The notes below the pieces were generated by a model, which saw nothing but the letters and a program-made list of their open reading frames with translations, made no database searches and was not told the DNA's origin. From the NCBI GenBank assembly GCA_037142615.1, contig JBAXAI010000006.1, forward strand, positions 1 to 64,000: a stretch of 64,000 nucleotides of DNA. Reading direction: 5' to 3'. This document shows positions 38,395 through 48,227 of this stretch, piece after piece; the first letter of the stretch is position 1, and each line of letters begins with the position of its first letter. The stretch is from Spirochaetales bacterium (GTDB taxonomy: Bacteria; Spirochaetota; Spirochaetia; JABEVK01). A program made the position numbers and the translations under genes.

Positions 38395-39480
38395 GCGGTA
38401 CGCGGAGGGCGTGGTGCCCAAAATGCTCTTGAACGCCTCGTTGAACGTAGACTTCGAGTTGAAGCCCGCGTCGAGAGCGACCCCCAAGAGCGACAGCCGG
38501 TCGGCCTCGCCCTCGGCGATCTTGCGTTTCACTTCTTCGATGCGGTACTCGTTGACGAAGCGGTAGAAATTTTTGCCCAGCGTCTCGTTGATCACCTGGG
38601 TGACGTGGTGCCGCGAAACGGCGAGCGCTGCCGACAGGTTCTCGATGGTGAGCTCGGGGTCGAGCCACGGTTGGGCCGTGCGCATGTGCGCCTCCAGGCG
38701 GGCCAGCAGCACCGGGCTTTCCTGACCGCCCAGGCCGGAGCGTTCGTACTTTTTGGGTGGTGGCCCGGTGTTTTCCGCGCGGAACAGGGCGGGCTGTTTG
38801 ATCGCCCCGAAGCCGAAAACCACTGCGAAAAACAGCGTGCCGACATCGCGCAGGTACGACAGATCGGTCGGGACGGCGGCCCGAGGGATAAGTGCGAGTT
38901 CCCCGAGAATCGCCAACGCATAGGCCACGAAAAACCCCAGGGTGATCCAACCCAACCACTTGAGGTTGGTGTCGAGGGAGTCGTGCGAAAAGTAGTCTTT
39001 GACGCCTTGGCGGTAGTGCCGCAGCTTGACGGCGATCCACAACGTGTAGGCAAGAAACGAGCCGACCAAGACCACGCTGACAATCGCACCCAGAACGTCG
39101 AAGGCGGGGACGCCCGACGTTGCCGGAAACGACTCGGGCGGAGGACCCGGCGGTGCCAGCGCCAAGAAGGCCACGGAGCCGACAAACGGAACAAAGTGCC
39201 CCACCGTCTGCGCGGCCCCCAGACGGTGGGGCTCAATCACGCTGCGCGCGTACAGGTACAGCAGCGGACCAAAGGCCAACGGTGCGCCGGAAAGCACGGC
39301 CCTTTGAAGGTGCGGTAGCGGTAAGGTGCCGCTGAGAACGAGCTTTTCCAGCATCGGCAGGACCAAGGCCGCCAGGAGTCCCACGGCGATGGTCTCGGAA
39401 CTCGTCAGCGGCCGTTTGGCCAGCAACAGCAGGCACGAGAACAGGGCGATGGAACTGCCGGCGACAATCACGAACTCCAT
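38377..39480 (-). CDS. Membrane-embedded AraC-family regulator
   Basis: 6-7 TM (GPLLYLY, HFVPF); WLDPELTI, GKNFYRFVNEYRIEE, AGFNSKSTFNEAFK. Confidence 0.92.
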   Translation of the reverse strand: MEFVIVAGSSIALFSCLLLLAKRPLTSSETIAVGLLAALVLPMLEKLVLSGTLPLPHLQRAVLSGAPLAFGPLLYLYARSVIEPHRLGAAQTVGHFVPFVGSVAFLALAPPGPPPESFPATSGVPAFDVLGAIVSVVLVGSFLAYTLWIAVKLRHYRQGVKDYFSHDSLDTNLKWLGWITLGFFVAYALAILGELALIPRAAVPTDLSYLRDVGTLFFAVVFGFGAIKQPALFRAENTGPPPKKYERSGLGGQESPVLLARLEAHMRTAQPWLDPELTIENLSAALAVSRHHVTQVINETLGKNFYRFVNEYRIEEVKRKIAEGEADRLSLLGVALDAGFNSKSTFNEAFKSILGTTPSAYRKSVRT

Positions 39481-39492
39481 GGGTTCGACCAG

Positions 39493-40629
39493 CTAACTCC
39501 TCTTCGGCAGAAACGGCAAGAGCAGCTCGGTCACTCGCCGGCCCATCAGCGCCTGGCCTTCAGAATTGGGATGCAGGCCGTCGGGCAACAGCGCCACGTC
39601 GCCGGGTCCAAACACCTCGAGGCCGTTCAGGTAATGCAGATGGGGATCCTCTCGCCGCACAACAATCCGCTGCAACAGTTCACGGATCATCTCCAGCGTC
39701 AGGTTGCCCACCCAAGGCTCGTCGCGGTCGGGCAGACTGCCGATTTTGCCGTTGATTCCGCCTTGCGTGGGGCCAGGATTCGTCTCGTGGGCGGGGCAGT
39801 AAATGGGCGAAATCACGACAAGCGGGATCGTGGGGTGCGTGATCCTGAGAGCGTCGAGGAACGAGTGCACGGCGGGGATGAACACCCGCCTGGTCAGATG
39901 GCTGCCGTTCACCGTGTTGATGCCCAGTTTGAGCGTGATCAGGTCGGCGGGCAACCCGGCCATCACCTGCGCCACAAACAGTTCCAGATTCGCCGACCCG
40001 GCAAGCCCGAGGCTGAACAGGTCCAGCCCCAGGTTGCGCGCCACCACCGCAGGCCACGTGCCGATGGGCTGGTCTGCCTCGGCGCCATGGCTGATCGACG
40101 AGCCGTAGTGCACCCACTTCGGCTGCGAGCGGGGAGCTGCCATCAAGGGCGCGTCGGCTTCCAGATTGATGATTTCGATGACGCAGTTGTGGGGCAGCCA
40201 CAGTTCCACCACTCGGGGTGTCGCGGTGGGTTCCAACGTGAAGACCGCCACCGAGTCTTGGCCTTTGGTGGTGCTCACGTGCACGTCCCCGTTCCACAGG
40301 CGCAGGTCGCCGTTGTCGGCGCTGACGGCTTGCGGTTCACCCGCTCCCGTCAACACGACCACACTGGGGGAACTCCGCCAGCTTCCGTCGATGAGCGCGT
40401 CGCGGGTGGAGCGGTAAGTCAGGGTGATTGTGGTGGCCCGCGTTATCAGCGCGAGGCGTGCCCCCGACGCCTGGTCGGCGACCTTTTGCGTCATCGCATC
40501 GTGGTCATGGTAATGGGCCGTGCTGTCGGGTAGACGGTGAAGCGTGAGGCCCCGGTCGCTCTGTTTGATTTGTGCGACTCCGCGCACGGCGGACTCGATC
40601 AGGTCTTGGGTAGCCGGCGACATGGTCAT
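39493..40629 (-). CDS. SGNH/GDSL hydrolase
   Basis: HYGSSISHG, LGLAGS, KLGIN, DGLHPN. Confidence 0.9.
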   Translation of the reverse strand: MTMSPATQDLIESAVRGVAQIKQSDRGLTLHRLPDSTAHYHDHDAMTQKVADQASGARLALITRATTITLTYRSTRDALIDGSWRSSPSVVVLTGAGEPQAVSADNGDLRLWNGDVHVSTTKGQDSVAVFTLEPTATPRVVELWLPHNCVIEIINLEADAPLMAAPRSQPKWVHYGSSISHGAEADQPIGTWPAVVARNLGLDLFSLGLAGSANLELFVAQVMAGLPADLITLKLGINTVNGSHLTRRVFIPAVHSFLDALRITHPTIPLVVISPIYCPAHETNPGPTQGGINGKIGSLPDRDEPWVGNLTLEMIRELLQRIVVRREDPHLHYLNGLEVFGPGDVALLPDGLHPNSEGQALMGRRVTELLLPFLPKRS

Positions 40630-40670
40630 GCGGTTTCCTCTCTTTTTGTCTTATTTCCCGGGGCCGGTTC

Positions 40671-41567
40671 TCAACGCGACACGGCCTTCAGGTCGAAGTC
40701 AGTGCCCTCTTTTTCGCCCACCGGGGTGCCGTCGAGGGCCCACATTTTGTCAAAGCTCCCCTTGGTCTTCACCTGAAGGGTCCAGGTGTCTTTTTCGGCC
40801 CACAGCAAGCCGATCCAGAAGCCGTTGGCCACCCGGGTCAGCGGAAAGCCGTTCTTGTTCCAGTTGGAATAGTCACCGGTAACGTCGAGCTGGACGTTGT
40901 CGGCCAGGCCAGCTTTCTTGCCGTCGAAGACGATGAGTTGGGGCAAAGAGGCAGGGGAGGCGTCGATGGTGAGCTTGGAGGTGCCAGTACCGCCGGTCAG
41001 GGACCACGACCGGGCGCTGCCTTTTCCTGCGACCTTGACGTCGTAGGTTCCAGGGTCACCGTGAGCCAGACCGACCCAAAACTTCGGCGCGATTCGGTAC
41101 AGTGGCGCAGGGCTGCCAGGAATCCCCTGGAGCTCCAGCTTGGTGGCATCGGTCAGGCCCGAGACGTTGTTTCCGTCAAAGAAGACCAGCTTTGCGGCCT
41201 TCGCCTCGGCCGCCGTCCCGACGATGGTCGATCCGGTCATGGCCACAGCGAGCCCTTCGAGATCCCATTTCAGATCCCAGGTTCCCTTGGACTTGACCTG
41301 CACGCCGTTCCAACTGCCTTCGTACACGCGCAAAAAGCCGAGCCAGATTTTCGGGCTCACTTCGTACAAGGGCTCGGCCTGCACCTTCCAGTCGTTGAAC
41401 GATCCAGCGATATCCAGGGCCATCCCCGAAGTGATGCCTTCGGAATCAGTGCCATTGAACACGATGAGCTTCGAGGTGATGGGGGCCGCCTTCGGAGGGG
41501 CATCCTGCGCCAGAACGGGAACCGTGGCCAAAAAGGCCACAGCCAAAAAAACCATGAGATACTTCAT
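40671..41567 (-). CDS. Secreted protein with three CBM48-like repeats
   Basis: Signal peptide; 3x LIVFxG...LDIAGSFNDW...PL...W(L/V/I)G...VKxKG..W. Confidence 0.6.
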   Translation of the reverse strand: MKYLMVFLAVAFLATVPVLAQDAPPKAAPITSKLIVFNGTDSEGITSGMALDIAGSFNDWKVQAEPLYEVSPKIWLGFLRVYEGSWNGVQVKSKGTWDLKWDLEGLAVAMTGSTIVGTAAEAKAAKLVFFDGNNVSGLTDATKLELQGIPGSPAPLYRIAPKFWVGLAHGDPGTYDVKVAGKGSARSWSLTGGTGTSKLTIDASPASLPQLIVFDGKKAGLADNVQLDVTGDYSNWNKNGFPLTRVANGFWIGLLWAEKDTWTLQVKTKGSFDKMWALDGTPVGEKEGTDFDLKAVSR

Positions 41568-43393
41568 ACAAACTCCTTTTGAGAAACATTCGAATTGTCA
41601 TTCATAAGCCAGAGGGCCGACCAGGGTCGCAAAACTCCACCCAAGGTCGGGCGGTCGTGGTCGAACAAGTCGATCCACTGCGGCGACCCGGCGGGCCAAA
41701 CCCATGCGACGGGTTGGTCGGTCGGATTGAGCAAAACCCGCACCGTTTGGCCGCCAAGCCTCCGTTCGAAGGCGACAAGGCCATCGTGAGCGTCGATCCA
41801 ACGAAAGTCACCGTGCCGCAGTACCGGCAGACGGTTGCGAAGCCGAAGGAGGAAGGCTACCTCGGTGCGGAAGCCGGTGGCGCTAGCCCCGTCGTCCCAA
41901 GGCATGCACCGGCGGTTGTCCGGATCGGCGCCGCCCTCGAGGGCGGCCTCCTGCCCGTAATACAGCATGGGACTCCCCGGGTAGGCCAAGAGGAAACTCA
42001 AGGCCACCAGGTGCCGACCAGCGTGGTTGCCGCAGCGGGTCATGAAGCGCGAGGTGTCGTGCGACTCGAGCATGTTCATCATCACCGAGTTGACCTGGTC
42101 GGTATGGCGGACCAGAAGTTCGGTCACGCCGTCGCGGAAGGCCTCGAACGAAAGCTCGGACCTCGCGAAAAATTGGTCGCAAAGCCACGTGAGGTTGTAG
42201 TTCATTACACCGTCGTGCTGGTCACCCTGCAGCCACGGGCTGGCGTTCTGACCGATTTCCCCCACGATGAAGGCCTCGGGGTTTGCTCCGCGCACCGTCT
42301 TTCGGAACTCGCGCCAAAAGCCGTGGTCCACCTCGTCGGCCACGTCGAGGCGCCAGCCGTCGATTCCTGTCTTCTCGATCCAGTAACGGGCCGCGCCTAG
42401 CAGGTAATCCTGCACCGGTGGATGGGCGGTATTGAGCTTGGGCATGGTGGGGACGTAGCCGAAGGTCTCGTAGGTGCGGTAGTCCTCGCCCTTGGGCCCG
42501 ACAAACCAGGAACTCCAGTGGCCTTCCTGGGACCGGCGGACCTGTTCGTCGTAATTCAGCGGAAAAAGCCGAAGGTGAAACCAGTCCTTATACTTCGAGC
42601 GTTCTCCGTTCTCTCGGACCTCCCGGAACGGGGCGAACTCGGGCCCAGAATGGTTGAAGACCGCGTCCAAAAGGACGCGGATCCCTTTCTTGTGGGCCTC
42701 ACTCACCAGCTGCCTCAAGTCTTCTTCAGTCCCAAAGTCAGAATCGATGGCCAAGTAGTCGGTCGTATCGTACTTGTGGTTGCTCACGGCCTGGAACACC
42801 GGGGTCAGGTAAAGAGCTCCGATACCCAACTCGGCCAGGTAGTCCAGCTTCTTGGTGATGCCCCTCAGGTTGCCACCCATCAGCGAATCGGGTCGAGGGG
42901 AGCTGCCCCAGGGGTCGAACGACTTCTGGTTGCGAGAAGACGAGCCTTCGGAATCCCGGAAGAACCGGTCGACAAAGATCTGATAGAACACGGTTCCCGG
43001 AACCCAGGAGGGAACCCGGTGGACCTCGTTCTCGTGGAGGAAAGGTAACTGGAAGAACCCCTTCCAAGCCTTCTCGGGAGGAATCCTTGCTTCGAAAAAG
43101 CCGGTTTCCAGAAAGTCAGTCGTCGTGCCGTCAGAGGTCAGGCGAAAGTAATAGGCCAACCGGCGGTCGGTGACTTCGACCTCGGCTACCCAGTACTCGA
43201 ACAGTTGGGTCGAATGCTCCAGAACCAACTCGCTGGTCCGAAACGCCTCGGCAGCGAATTTGTCGCCGAACAGTATCTGCACACTTTGGCAATTGCCACG
43301 GGCGGTTCGAAGGCGTACGCGGGCCGCGCGAGCCGAGACACTGTAGCTTGAACTCGATTGGACCTGGTGGAAGACAGCGTGGCGGTTGAGCAT
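41564..43393 (-). CDS. GH13 neopullulanase/cyclomaltodextrinase
   Basis: VFYQIFVDRF, SNHKYDT, DAVFNH, GWRLDVADE, GE, SHDTSR; N-terminal CBM34-like domain. Confidence 0.93.
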   Translation of the reverse strand: MLNRHAVFHQVQSSSSYSVSARAARVRLRTARGNCQSVQILFGDKFAAEAFRTSELVLEHSTQLFEYWVAEVEVTDRRLAYYFRLTSDGTTTDFLETGFFEARIPPEKAWKGFFQLPFLHENEVHRVPSWVPGTVFYQIFVDRFFRDSEGSSSRNQKSFDPWGSSPRPDSLMGGNLRGITKKLDYLAELGIGALYLTPVFQAVSNHKYDTTDYLAIDSDFGTEEDLRQLVSEAHKKGIRVLLDAVFNHSGPEFAPFREVRENGERSKYKDWFHLRLFPLNYDEQVRRSQEGHWSSWFVGPKGEDYRTYETFGYVPTMPKLNTAHPPVQDYLLGAARYWIEKTGIDGWRLDVADEVDHGFWREFRKTVRGANPEAFIVGEIGQNASPWLQGDQHDGVMNYNLTWLCDQFFARSELSFEAFRDGVTELLVRHTDQVNSVMMNMLESHDTSRFMTRCGNHAGRHLVALSFLLAYPGSPMLYYGQEAALEGGADPDNRRCMPWDDGASATGFRTEVAFLLRLRNRLPVLRHGDFRWIDAHDGLVAFERRLGGQTVRVLLNPTDQPVAWVWPAGSPQWIDLFDHDRPTLGGVLRPWSALWLMNDNSNVSQKEFV

Positions 43394-43395
43394 GG

Positions 43396-44244
43396 TCAGC
43401 CCTTCACGCCGCCAGCCGCCAAGCCGCTCACGATGTACTTTTGCAGGTAGGCGAACAAAGCGACGGCCGGAACGGCAACCAGAATCGAGGCCGCCGCGAA
43501 AAGCGTGAACTGGTCGCTGGCCCGGTACTGAATCCACTCAAAGATCCCCACCGCCAAGGTCGTGTTCCCTCCCCGCAGAATCAGCTTCGGAAAGATGAAA
43601 TCAAACCACGGCATCATGAACGCTCCCAACGCCACAAGGACCAGAATCGGCCGAGCCAAGGGCAGCAGGACTCTCCAGAAGATGGTGAACTCGTCGGCGC
43701 CGTCGATGCGGGCGGCCTCGTCGAGGCTGACGGAAATCCCGTCGAAGTACCCCTTCACCAGCCACGCGTTGTAGGGCAGTTGTGCCGAGGCGTAAATCAA
43801 GATCAGGCCCCAGTACGTGTCCAGCAACCCCAGTTTGTCCAGGATGATGAAGATGGCAATCATGGTCAGGAACGACGGGAACATCTGGAGCACCAGGACA
43901 ATCAGCATGGCGCCTTTCTTGGCCTTGAACTGCCAGCGCGAAAAGCTGTACCCGGTAATGGCCGTGAAGAGAAGGCAGACCACGGTATTCAACACGGCGA
44001 TTCGGAACGAGTTGCCAAACCAAAGCGGAAAATCGGTCTTGGTAAACAGTTGCACGTAGTTGTCGAGGGTCAGTTCCTTCGGAAAGAAGTTCGAGCTGTA
44101 AAGGCCGGAGCCCGCCTTGAACGAGGCCATCACGATCCACAGAACGGGCAAGAGGATCACGAACGAGATCAGAACCAACAGGGTGTAGACCAAAACCGTT
44201 GAGGCGTCGAATTGCGCCGGCTTGCGTAGAGTCTTGGCGTTCAT
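43396..44244 (-). CDS. malG: Maltodextrin ABC permease
   Basis: LQMFP, WLVKGYFDGISVSLDEAARIDGA, QKYIVSGLAAGGVKG. Confidence 0.9.
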   Translation of the reverse strand: MNAKTLRKPAQFDASTVLVYTLLVLISFVILLPVLWIVMASFKAGSGLYSSNFFPKELTLDNYVQLFTKTDFPLWFGNSFRIAVLNTVVCLLFTAITGYSFSRWQFKAKKGAMLIVLVLQMFPSFLTMIAIFIILDKLGLLDTYWGLILIYASAQLPYNAWLVKGYFDGISVSLDEAARIDGADEFTIFWRVLLPLARPILVLVALGAFMMPWFDFIFPKLILRGGNTTLAVGIFEWIQYRASDQFTLFAAASILVAVPAVALFAYLQKYIVSGLAAGGVKG

Positions 44245-45596
44245 GACAGGGCACTCCCTTCTTGGAAGGACTTGGTTCGGGTGAAATAGAAAATGCAGAT
44301 CGTGGCCACGAAGGCGAAAAGCAGAATCGTGATCGCCGCCGCCATGGCAAACTGCTGGTTGTTGAGGGTCAGCTTGTACACCCAACTGATAAAGATGTCG
44401 GTGTCGCCGGCGTACGACAGCGAACTGTTGTCGGGACGCCCATCGGTCAGCAGATAGATTGCCCCGAAGTTGTTGAAGTTCATCGAAAACGTGAGCACTA
44501 CGGCCGGCATCAATTGCGTGAGAACCAGGGGCAGAGTGATCTGCCTGAACTGGAGCCACGGGCTGGCCCCGTCGATGTCGGCGGCCTCGTACAGATCGGC
44601 GCTGATGTTGGTCATGGCGCTCGAACAAAGGATCATGAAGTAGGGTGCGCTTACCCAGACGGCCACCCCGAGGATGACGAACTTGGCGATCAAGGAGTCG
44701 GTCAGGAAGGGCACCTTGTCGAGGCCCCAGTCCGACAAAAGATTGTTCATCGCTCCGGCGCCGTTGAACAGCACGCGCATCACCAGAAGGCTGATGAAGC
44801 TGGGAATGGCGTAGGGAAGGATGAAGATCACCCTCCAGAGGCCTCGGAACCGAATCTTCTTGTGGGCGGTCAACAAGGCCAGACCCAGACCGGCGGCGAA
44901 GTTCAGGAACGTGATGGAGACCGTCCAGATGATGTTCCAAACGCCGACGGTGGCCATGGTTTCACCCCAAATCGAGGCGCTGAACAGATCGCTGAAGTTC
45001 TGAAAACCGACCCATTGAACCAGATTTCGCGGTGGAAGGTGGTCGGGGGCGCGGTAGTTGGTGAAGGCCACGCAGATCGTGACGATCATGGGCAGAAGCG
45101 TGAAGAAAAGGATGGCCAGAAACCCGGGGGTGAGCGACAGGGGAAAGAAGTTGTCGTTCAGCATGCGACGCACGCTCACCGGCTTGCCCTTTTCGCGCTC
45201 CTGGGCGCAGCGCCGGGCCGACCGGATGTTGACCACGTACAGCAGGGCAAAGACCCCAAGAACCAGCAGCAGGACCAAACCGTTAACCAGCAGAAAGACG
45301 GAATGGTCGCCCTGGATCACGTCGAAGCCGTCCGAGGTCTGCTCCTTTTCCCCGAGGGTGAAAAGACCTTTGACCGTGGCGAGGGCGTTGGGAAAGTTCG
45401 TGTAGTCCCAGACCGAAAGGGCAGGAGCGTCGGGTGGCAGCGGTCCTTCCAACGAAGTGACGATCTGGCCGACGTTGAAAATGAGGGCCAGCTCGATCAG
45501 GAGGAACAGCAGACCCTTGAGCACGGCTCCGTTGTAGAACTGGCCCAGACCCATCAAGCAGGTCGATAGGAGAGCTGAATGTTGAACGCGGTTCAC
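44241..45596 (-). CDS. malF: Maltodextrin ABC permease
   Basis: ILPYAIPSFIS, LYEAADIDGA, FNNFGAIYLLTDG-P, TDIFISWVYKL. Confidence 0.9.
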   Translation of the reverse strand: MNRVQHSALLSTCLMGLGQFYNGAVLKGLLFLLIELALIFNVGQIVTSLEGPLPPDAPALSVWDYTNFPNALATVKGLFTLGEKEQTSDGFDVIQGDHSVFLLVNGLVLLLVLGVFALLYVVNIRSARRCAQEREKGKPVSVRRMLNDNFFPLSLTPGFLAILFFTLLPMIVTICVAFTNYRAPDHLPPRNLVQWVGFQNFSDLFSASIWGETMATVGVWNIIWTVSITFLNFAAGLGLALLTAHKKIRFRGLWRVIFILPYAIPSFISLLVMRVLFNGAGAMNNLLSDWGLDKVPFLTDSLIAKFVILGVAVWVSAPYFMILCSSAMTNISADLYEAADIDGASPWLQFRQITLPLVLTQLMPAVVLTFSMNFNNFGAIYLLTDGRPDNSSLSYAGDTDIFISWVYKLTLNNQQFAMAAAITILLFAFVATICIFYFTRTKSFQEGSALS

Positions 45597-45603
45597 AAAG
45601 GCC

Positions 45604-46833
45604 TCACTTTCTGTTCTGAATGGCGATCTGGTCTTGGATGGTCTTGGAAGCGGTGGCCATGGCGGTCTTCACGTCGATTTTTCCCGACCAAGCGTCGCTC
45701 ATGGCGGTCTGGAACGGAGCCCACACCAGGTTGATTTCGGGAATAGCGGGCATCGGGTCGCTGTTCTTCAGTTGTGCGACAAACGCCTGATTGAAACTGG
45801 ATTTGGTGACCTCTGAGTTGGTGAGCAAGACCGAGACCGGGGGAATCTGGTCGGTGAGTCGAAATCGTTCCAGCAGCATCTCATCGCTCGTGAGGAACTT
45901 GGCAAAGAGTTGAGCGGCCGTGGGATACTTGCTGTAGGTACTGGTGCCGTACACCTGCACGCCTGAAAAGGGCCTAGGCGTGATTCCGGCGAGCGTCGGG
46001 AGGGGCACGATGCCGAAGTTCACACCGGCCTTTTGCAAGCCGTAGATGTTCCAGGGGCCGCCGATGATCGCCGAGGCCTTGCCTTCCGAAAACAAGCCGC
46101 TGACGACATCGCCGGTGATGTCTTGGGCTTTCTGCAGCATCGCCGGACGAAGGCCGACAACCGCCGTCAGTGCCTTCACCGTGGCGGAGTTGTTCAGCCC
46201 GAGGTCGGTGGCGTCGGTTCCATTCTTGCCGAACACGTAACCACCCGCGCCCGCCATAAAACCGTAGTCGATGTAGAGGTTGTCTGGCTGGAACACAAGG
46301 GCATACTTGTTCTTCTTCGGGTTGTTCCACGTCTTGCCGAACTCCACGATCTCCTCGAAGGTTTTGGGGGGAGCCTTCCAGAGGTCCTTGTTGTAGAACA
46401 GGGCAGTGGTTTCCATGGCGCACGGGAACCCGTAGACCTTGCCGTTGTAGGTGACCGCTTGGACGACCATGGGAACAAAGTCCTTCTTGATCCGGCTGGT
46501 GGACACCAGGTTTTCCATGAGCAGGCCGGCGGCCACACCGTCGCCAATGCTGTTGTGAGGCATGACGAACACATCGGCCCCACGGCCGGCAGGCCCGTCG
46601 GTCGACAGCTTGTTCATGGCCACCATGCCCCCCACCTCTTCCACCGTAACGGGGACCCCGGTGGCTTCAGTGAACTTTTTGGCGGCGGCGCGCAGAAAGT
46701 CCGCCCCGACCCCCTGGCCTTCCCAAGCGATCAGTTTGGCGCCTTTTTCGGGCTGGACGTCCCGATCTTGAGCGTGAAGGAGGCCAGCTCCGAGCAGGGT
46801 AAAGACGATCAGGCCAGCTAGTGCGTTTTTCAT
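45604..46833 (-). CDS. malE: Maltose/maltodextrin-binding protein
   Basis: DGPAGRGADV, ALFYNKDL, GPWN, PFSGV, PMPAIPE. Confidence 0.88.
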   Translation of the reverse strand: MKNALAGLIVFTLLGAGLLHAQDRDVQPEKGAKLIAWEGQGVGADFLRAAAKKFTEATGVPVTVEEVGGMVAMNKLSTDGPAGRGADVFVMPHNSIGDGVAAGLLMENLVSTSRIKKDFVPMVVQAVTYNGKVYGFPCAMETTALFYNKDLWKAPPKTFEEIVEFGKTWNNPKKNKYALVFQPDNLYIDYGFMAGAGGYVFGKNGTDATDLGLNNSATVKALTAVVGLRPAMLQKAQDITGDVVSGLFSEGKASAIIGGPWNIYGLQKAGVNFGIVPLPTLAGITPRPFSGVQVYGTSTYSKYPTAAQLFAKFLTSDEMLLERFRLTDQIPPVSVLLTNSEVTKSSFNQAFVAQLKNSDPMPAIPEINLVWAPFQTAMSDAWSGKIDVKTAMATASKTIQDQIAIQNRK

Positions 46834-46891
46834 CGAACTCTCCTCCCCGCCCAAGCGGGACGTTTCAGTTTCAGTATAGGTGAGGGAATCC

Positions 46892-48037
46892 TCAGGGCAG
46901 GGCGGTAAACTTCACTGTCAGGGCAACCGGGTTGAAGGTCACGAGGTAGCTTCCGGTCGCGGCAATGGCCACACTTTCGTTGGCCATGTGGGCGGCGGCG
47001 AGTTTTCCCTCGGTCCCGACAGCAAGCGCCTTGGCACCCGTCCACGCCGTAGCCCAGTCGCTGGTGGCGAACTGGAAGTCGGGGGCCTTCTCGGAAGTGC
47101 CCTTGATCACCTTGATCACCTTGCTGTAGTTGTTGCCGCCGTCATAGACCATCAGGTTGGGCAGCGTCCCGGTGTTCCAGTCGCCAGCTTCCCACGACAG
47201 AATGTGGCCCACCAGGTAGTACGCCTTCGCGACCTGCACCTTGTTGCCCTTGGTGTCGATGCGGAGGGTGTAGTTGCCCGCAGCCAGGCCGGTGATGTTC
47301 TTGTTGGCCATGCCGGCGGGAACCAGCGCGGCGTCGGTGCCATCCGAAGGCACGTCGGCGGCGCCGGTGAACGTGGTACCGGCCGCAAAGCCGTTCCCGG
47401 TGAACTGGAAGCTCAAGCCGCCGGCCAGCGCCGCTGCGGCCGCATCCACGGTGTAGGTCTTTTCGTACACGCCGTTGCCGGCGTAGGTCGCGACACTTGC
47501 CGCGTCGGTGGTCCAGCTCCCCTTGCCGCCGGCCGAGCCGAAAGCTCCGACCACGTAGCGGGCCGGAACGACCACGACGCTTTGGTTGGCCAGGTCGAAG
47601 TGGAAGGTGTAGAAGCCTGCCGTCGCGATGACCACGTTGCCGCCTTCCATGGCGACGGGCTTGAGGCCGGCGGCGGCTCCGCCGGGGACCAGGTCTGCCG
47701 TCCCGACAAACTTGTCGGTCCAGGTGGTATCGGCGAACTGGTAGTTCCAGGTGCCGGCCTCGAGGGAGACCGTTCTCTCGTAGACGGCGTCACTGAGCTT
47801 GGTCATCAGGTTGGTGGCGGTGGCACCGTTGTCCCACCTCGTGGCCTCGGGATTGATGGTCCCCACCAAGTAGAAGGTCGACGCGCTCCAAGTCAGGGCC
47901 GCCTTGGCCACCGGCTTGGCTACAACCGGCGTGGCTGTAACCGGTTTGTCTGCAATCGGCGCGTTGGTGGTGGTACAACTGACCAGCAGTAGTCCGACGA
48001 GGGCGGCCACACAGGCAGCCAGACTGAACTTCTTCAT
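46892..48037 (-). CDS. Lipoprotein with three SusE/SusF-like starch-binding repeats
   Basis: Lipobox LVSC; 3x Y(L/V)VG...W...Y...FQF...(G)xYxxxF/I; first gene of operon. Confidence 0.65.
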   Translation of the reverse strand: MKKFSLAACVAALVGLLLVSCTTTNAPIADKPVTATPVVAKPVAKAALTWSASTFYLVGTINPEATRWDNGATATNLMTKLSDAVYERTVSLEAGTWNYQFADTTWTDKFVGTADLVPGGAAAGLKPVAMEGGNVVIATAGFYTFHFDLANQSVVVVPARYVVGAFGSAGGKGSWTTDAASVATYAGNGVYEKTYTVDAAAAALAGGLSFQFTGNGFAAGTTFTGAADVPSDGTDAALVPAGMANKNITGLAAGNYTLRIDTKGNKVQVAKAYYLVGHILSWEAGDWNTGTLPNLMVYDGGNNYSKVIKVIKGTSEKAPDFQFATSDWATAWTGAKALAVGTEGKLAAAHMANESVAIAATGSYLVTFNPVALTVKFTALP

Positions 48038-48049
48038 AAACTTCTCCTT

Positions 48050-48065
48050 GGGAAAACGTTTTCCC
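48050..48065. promoter_or_regulatory. LacI-family operator
   Basis: Perfect palindrome GGGAAAACGTTTTCCC with central CG, between -10 and RBS. Confidence 0.88.
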
Positions 48066-48076
48066 TAACAAGCGGA

Positions 48077-48105
48077 ATGCTAGGCCCAGATTTTCCAGTT
48101 GTCAA
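48077..48105 (-). promoter_or_regulatory. Sigma70 promoter of starch operon
   Basis: TTGACA-N17-TAGCAT. Confidence 0.8.
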
Positions 48106-48107
48106 CC

Positions 48108-48125
48108 ACAATTTCATGAAATTGT
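48108..48125. promoter_or_regulatory. 18-bp perfect palindrome just upstream of -35
   Basis: ACAATTTCATGAAATTGT. Confidence 0.6.
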
Positions 48126-48227
48126 ACCCAAAGACCGTATGGATGGGATCTCTCGGTGAAATCGATCGGGAAATTGCTTTCCCTTTTCGAAGTGCGACTC
48201 GTCGAAGTGCCCTTCGCTAGGCCCGAG

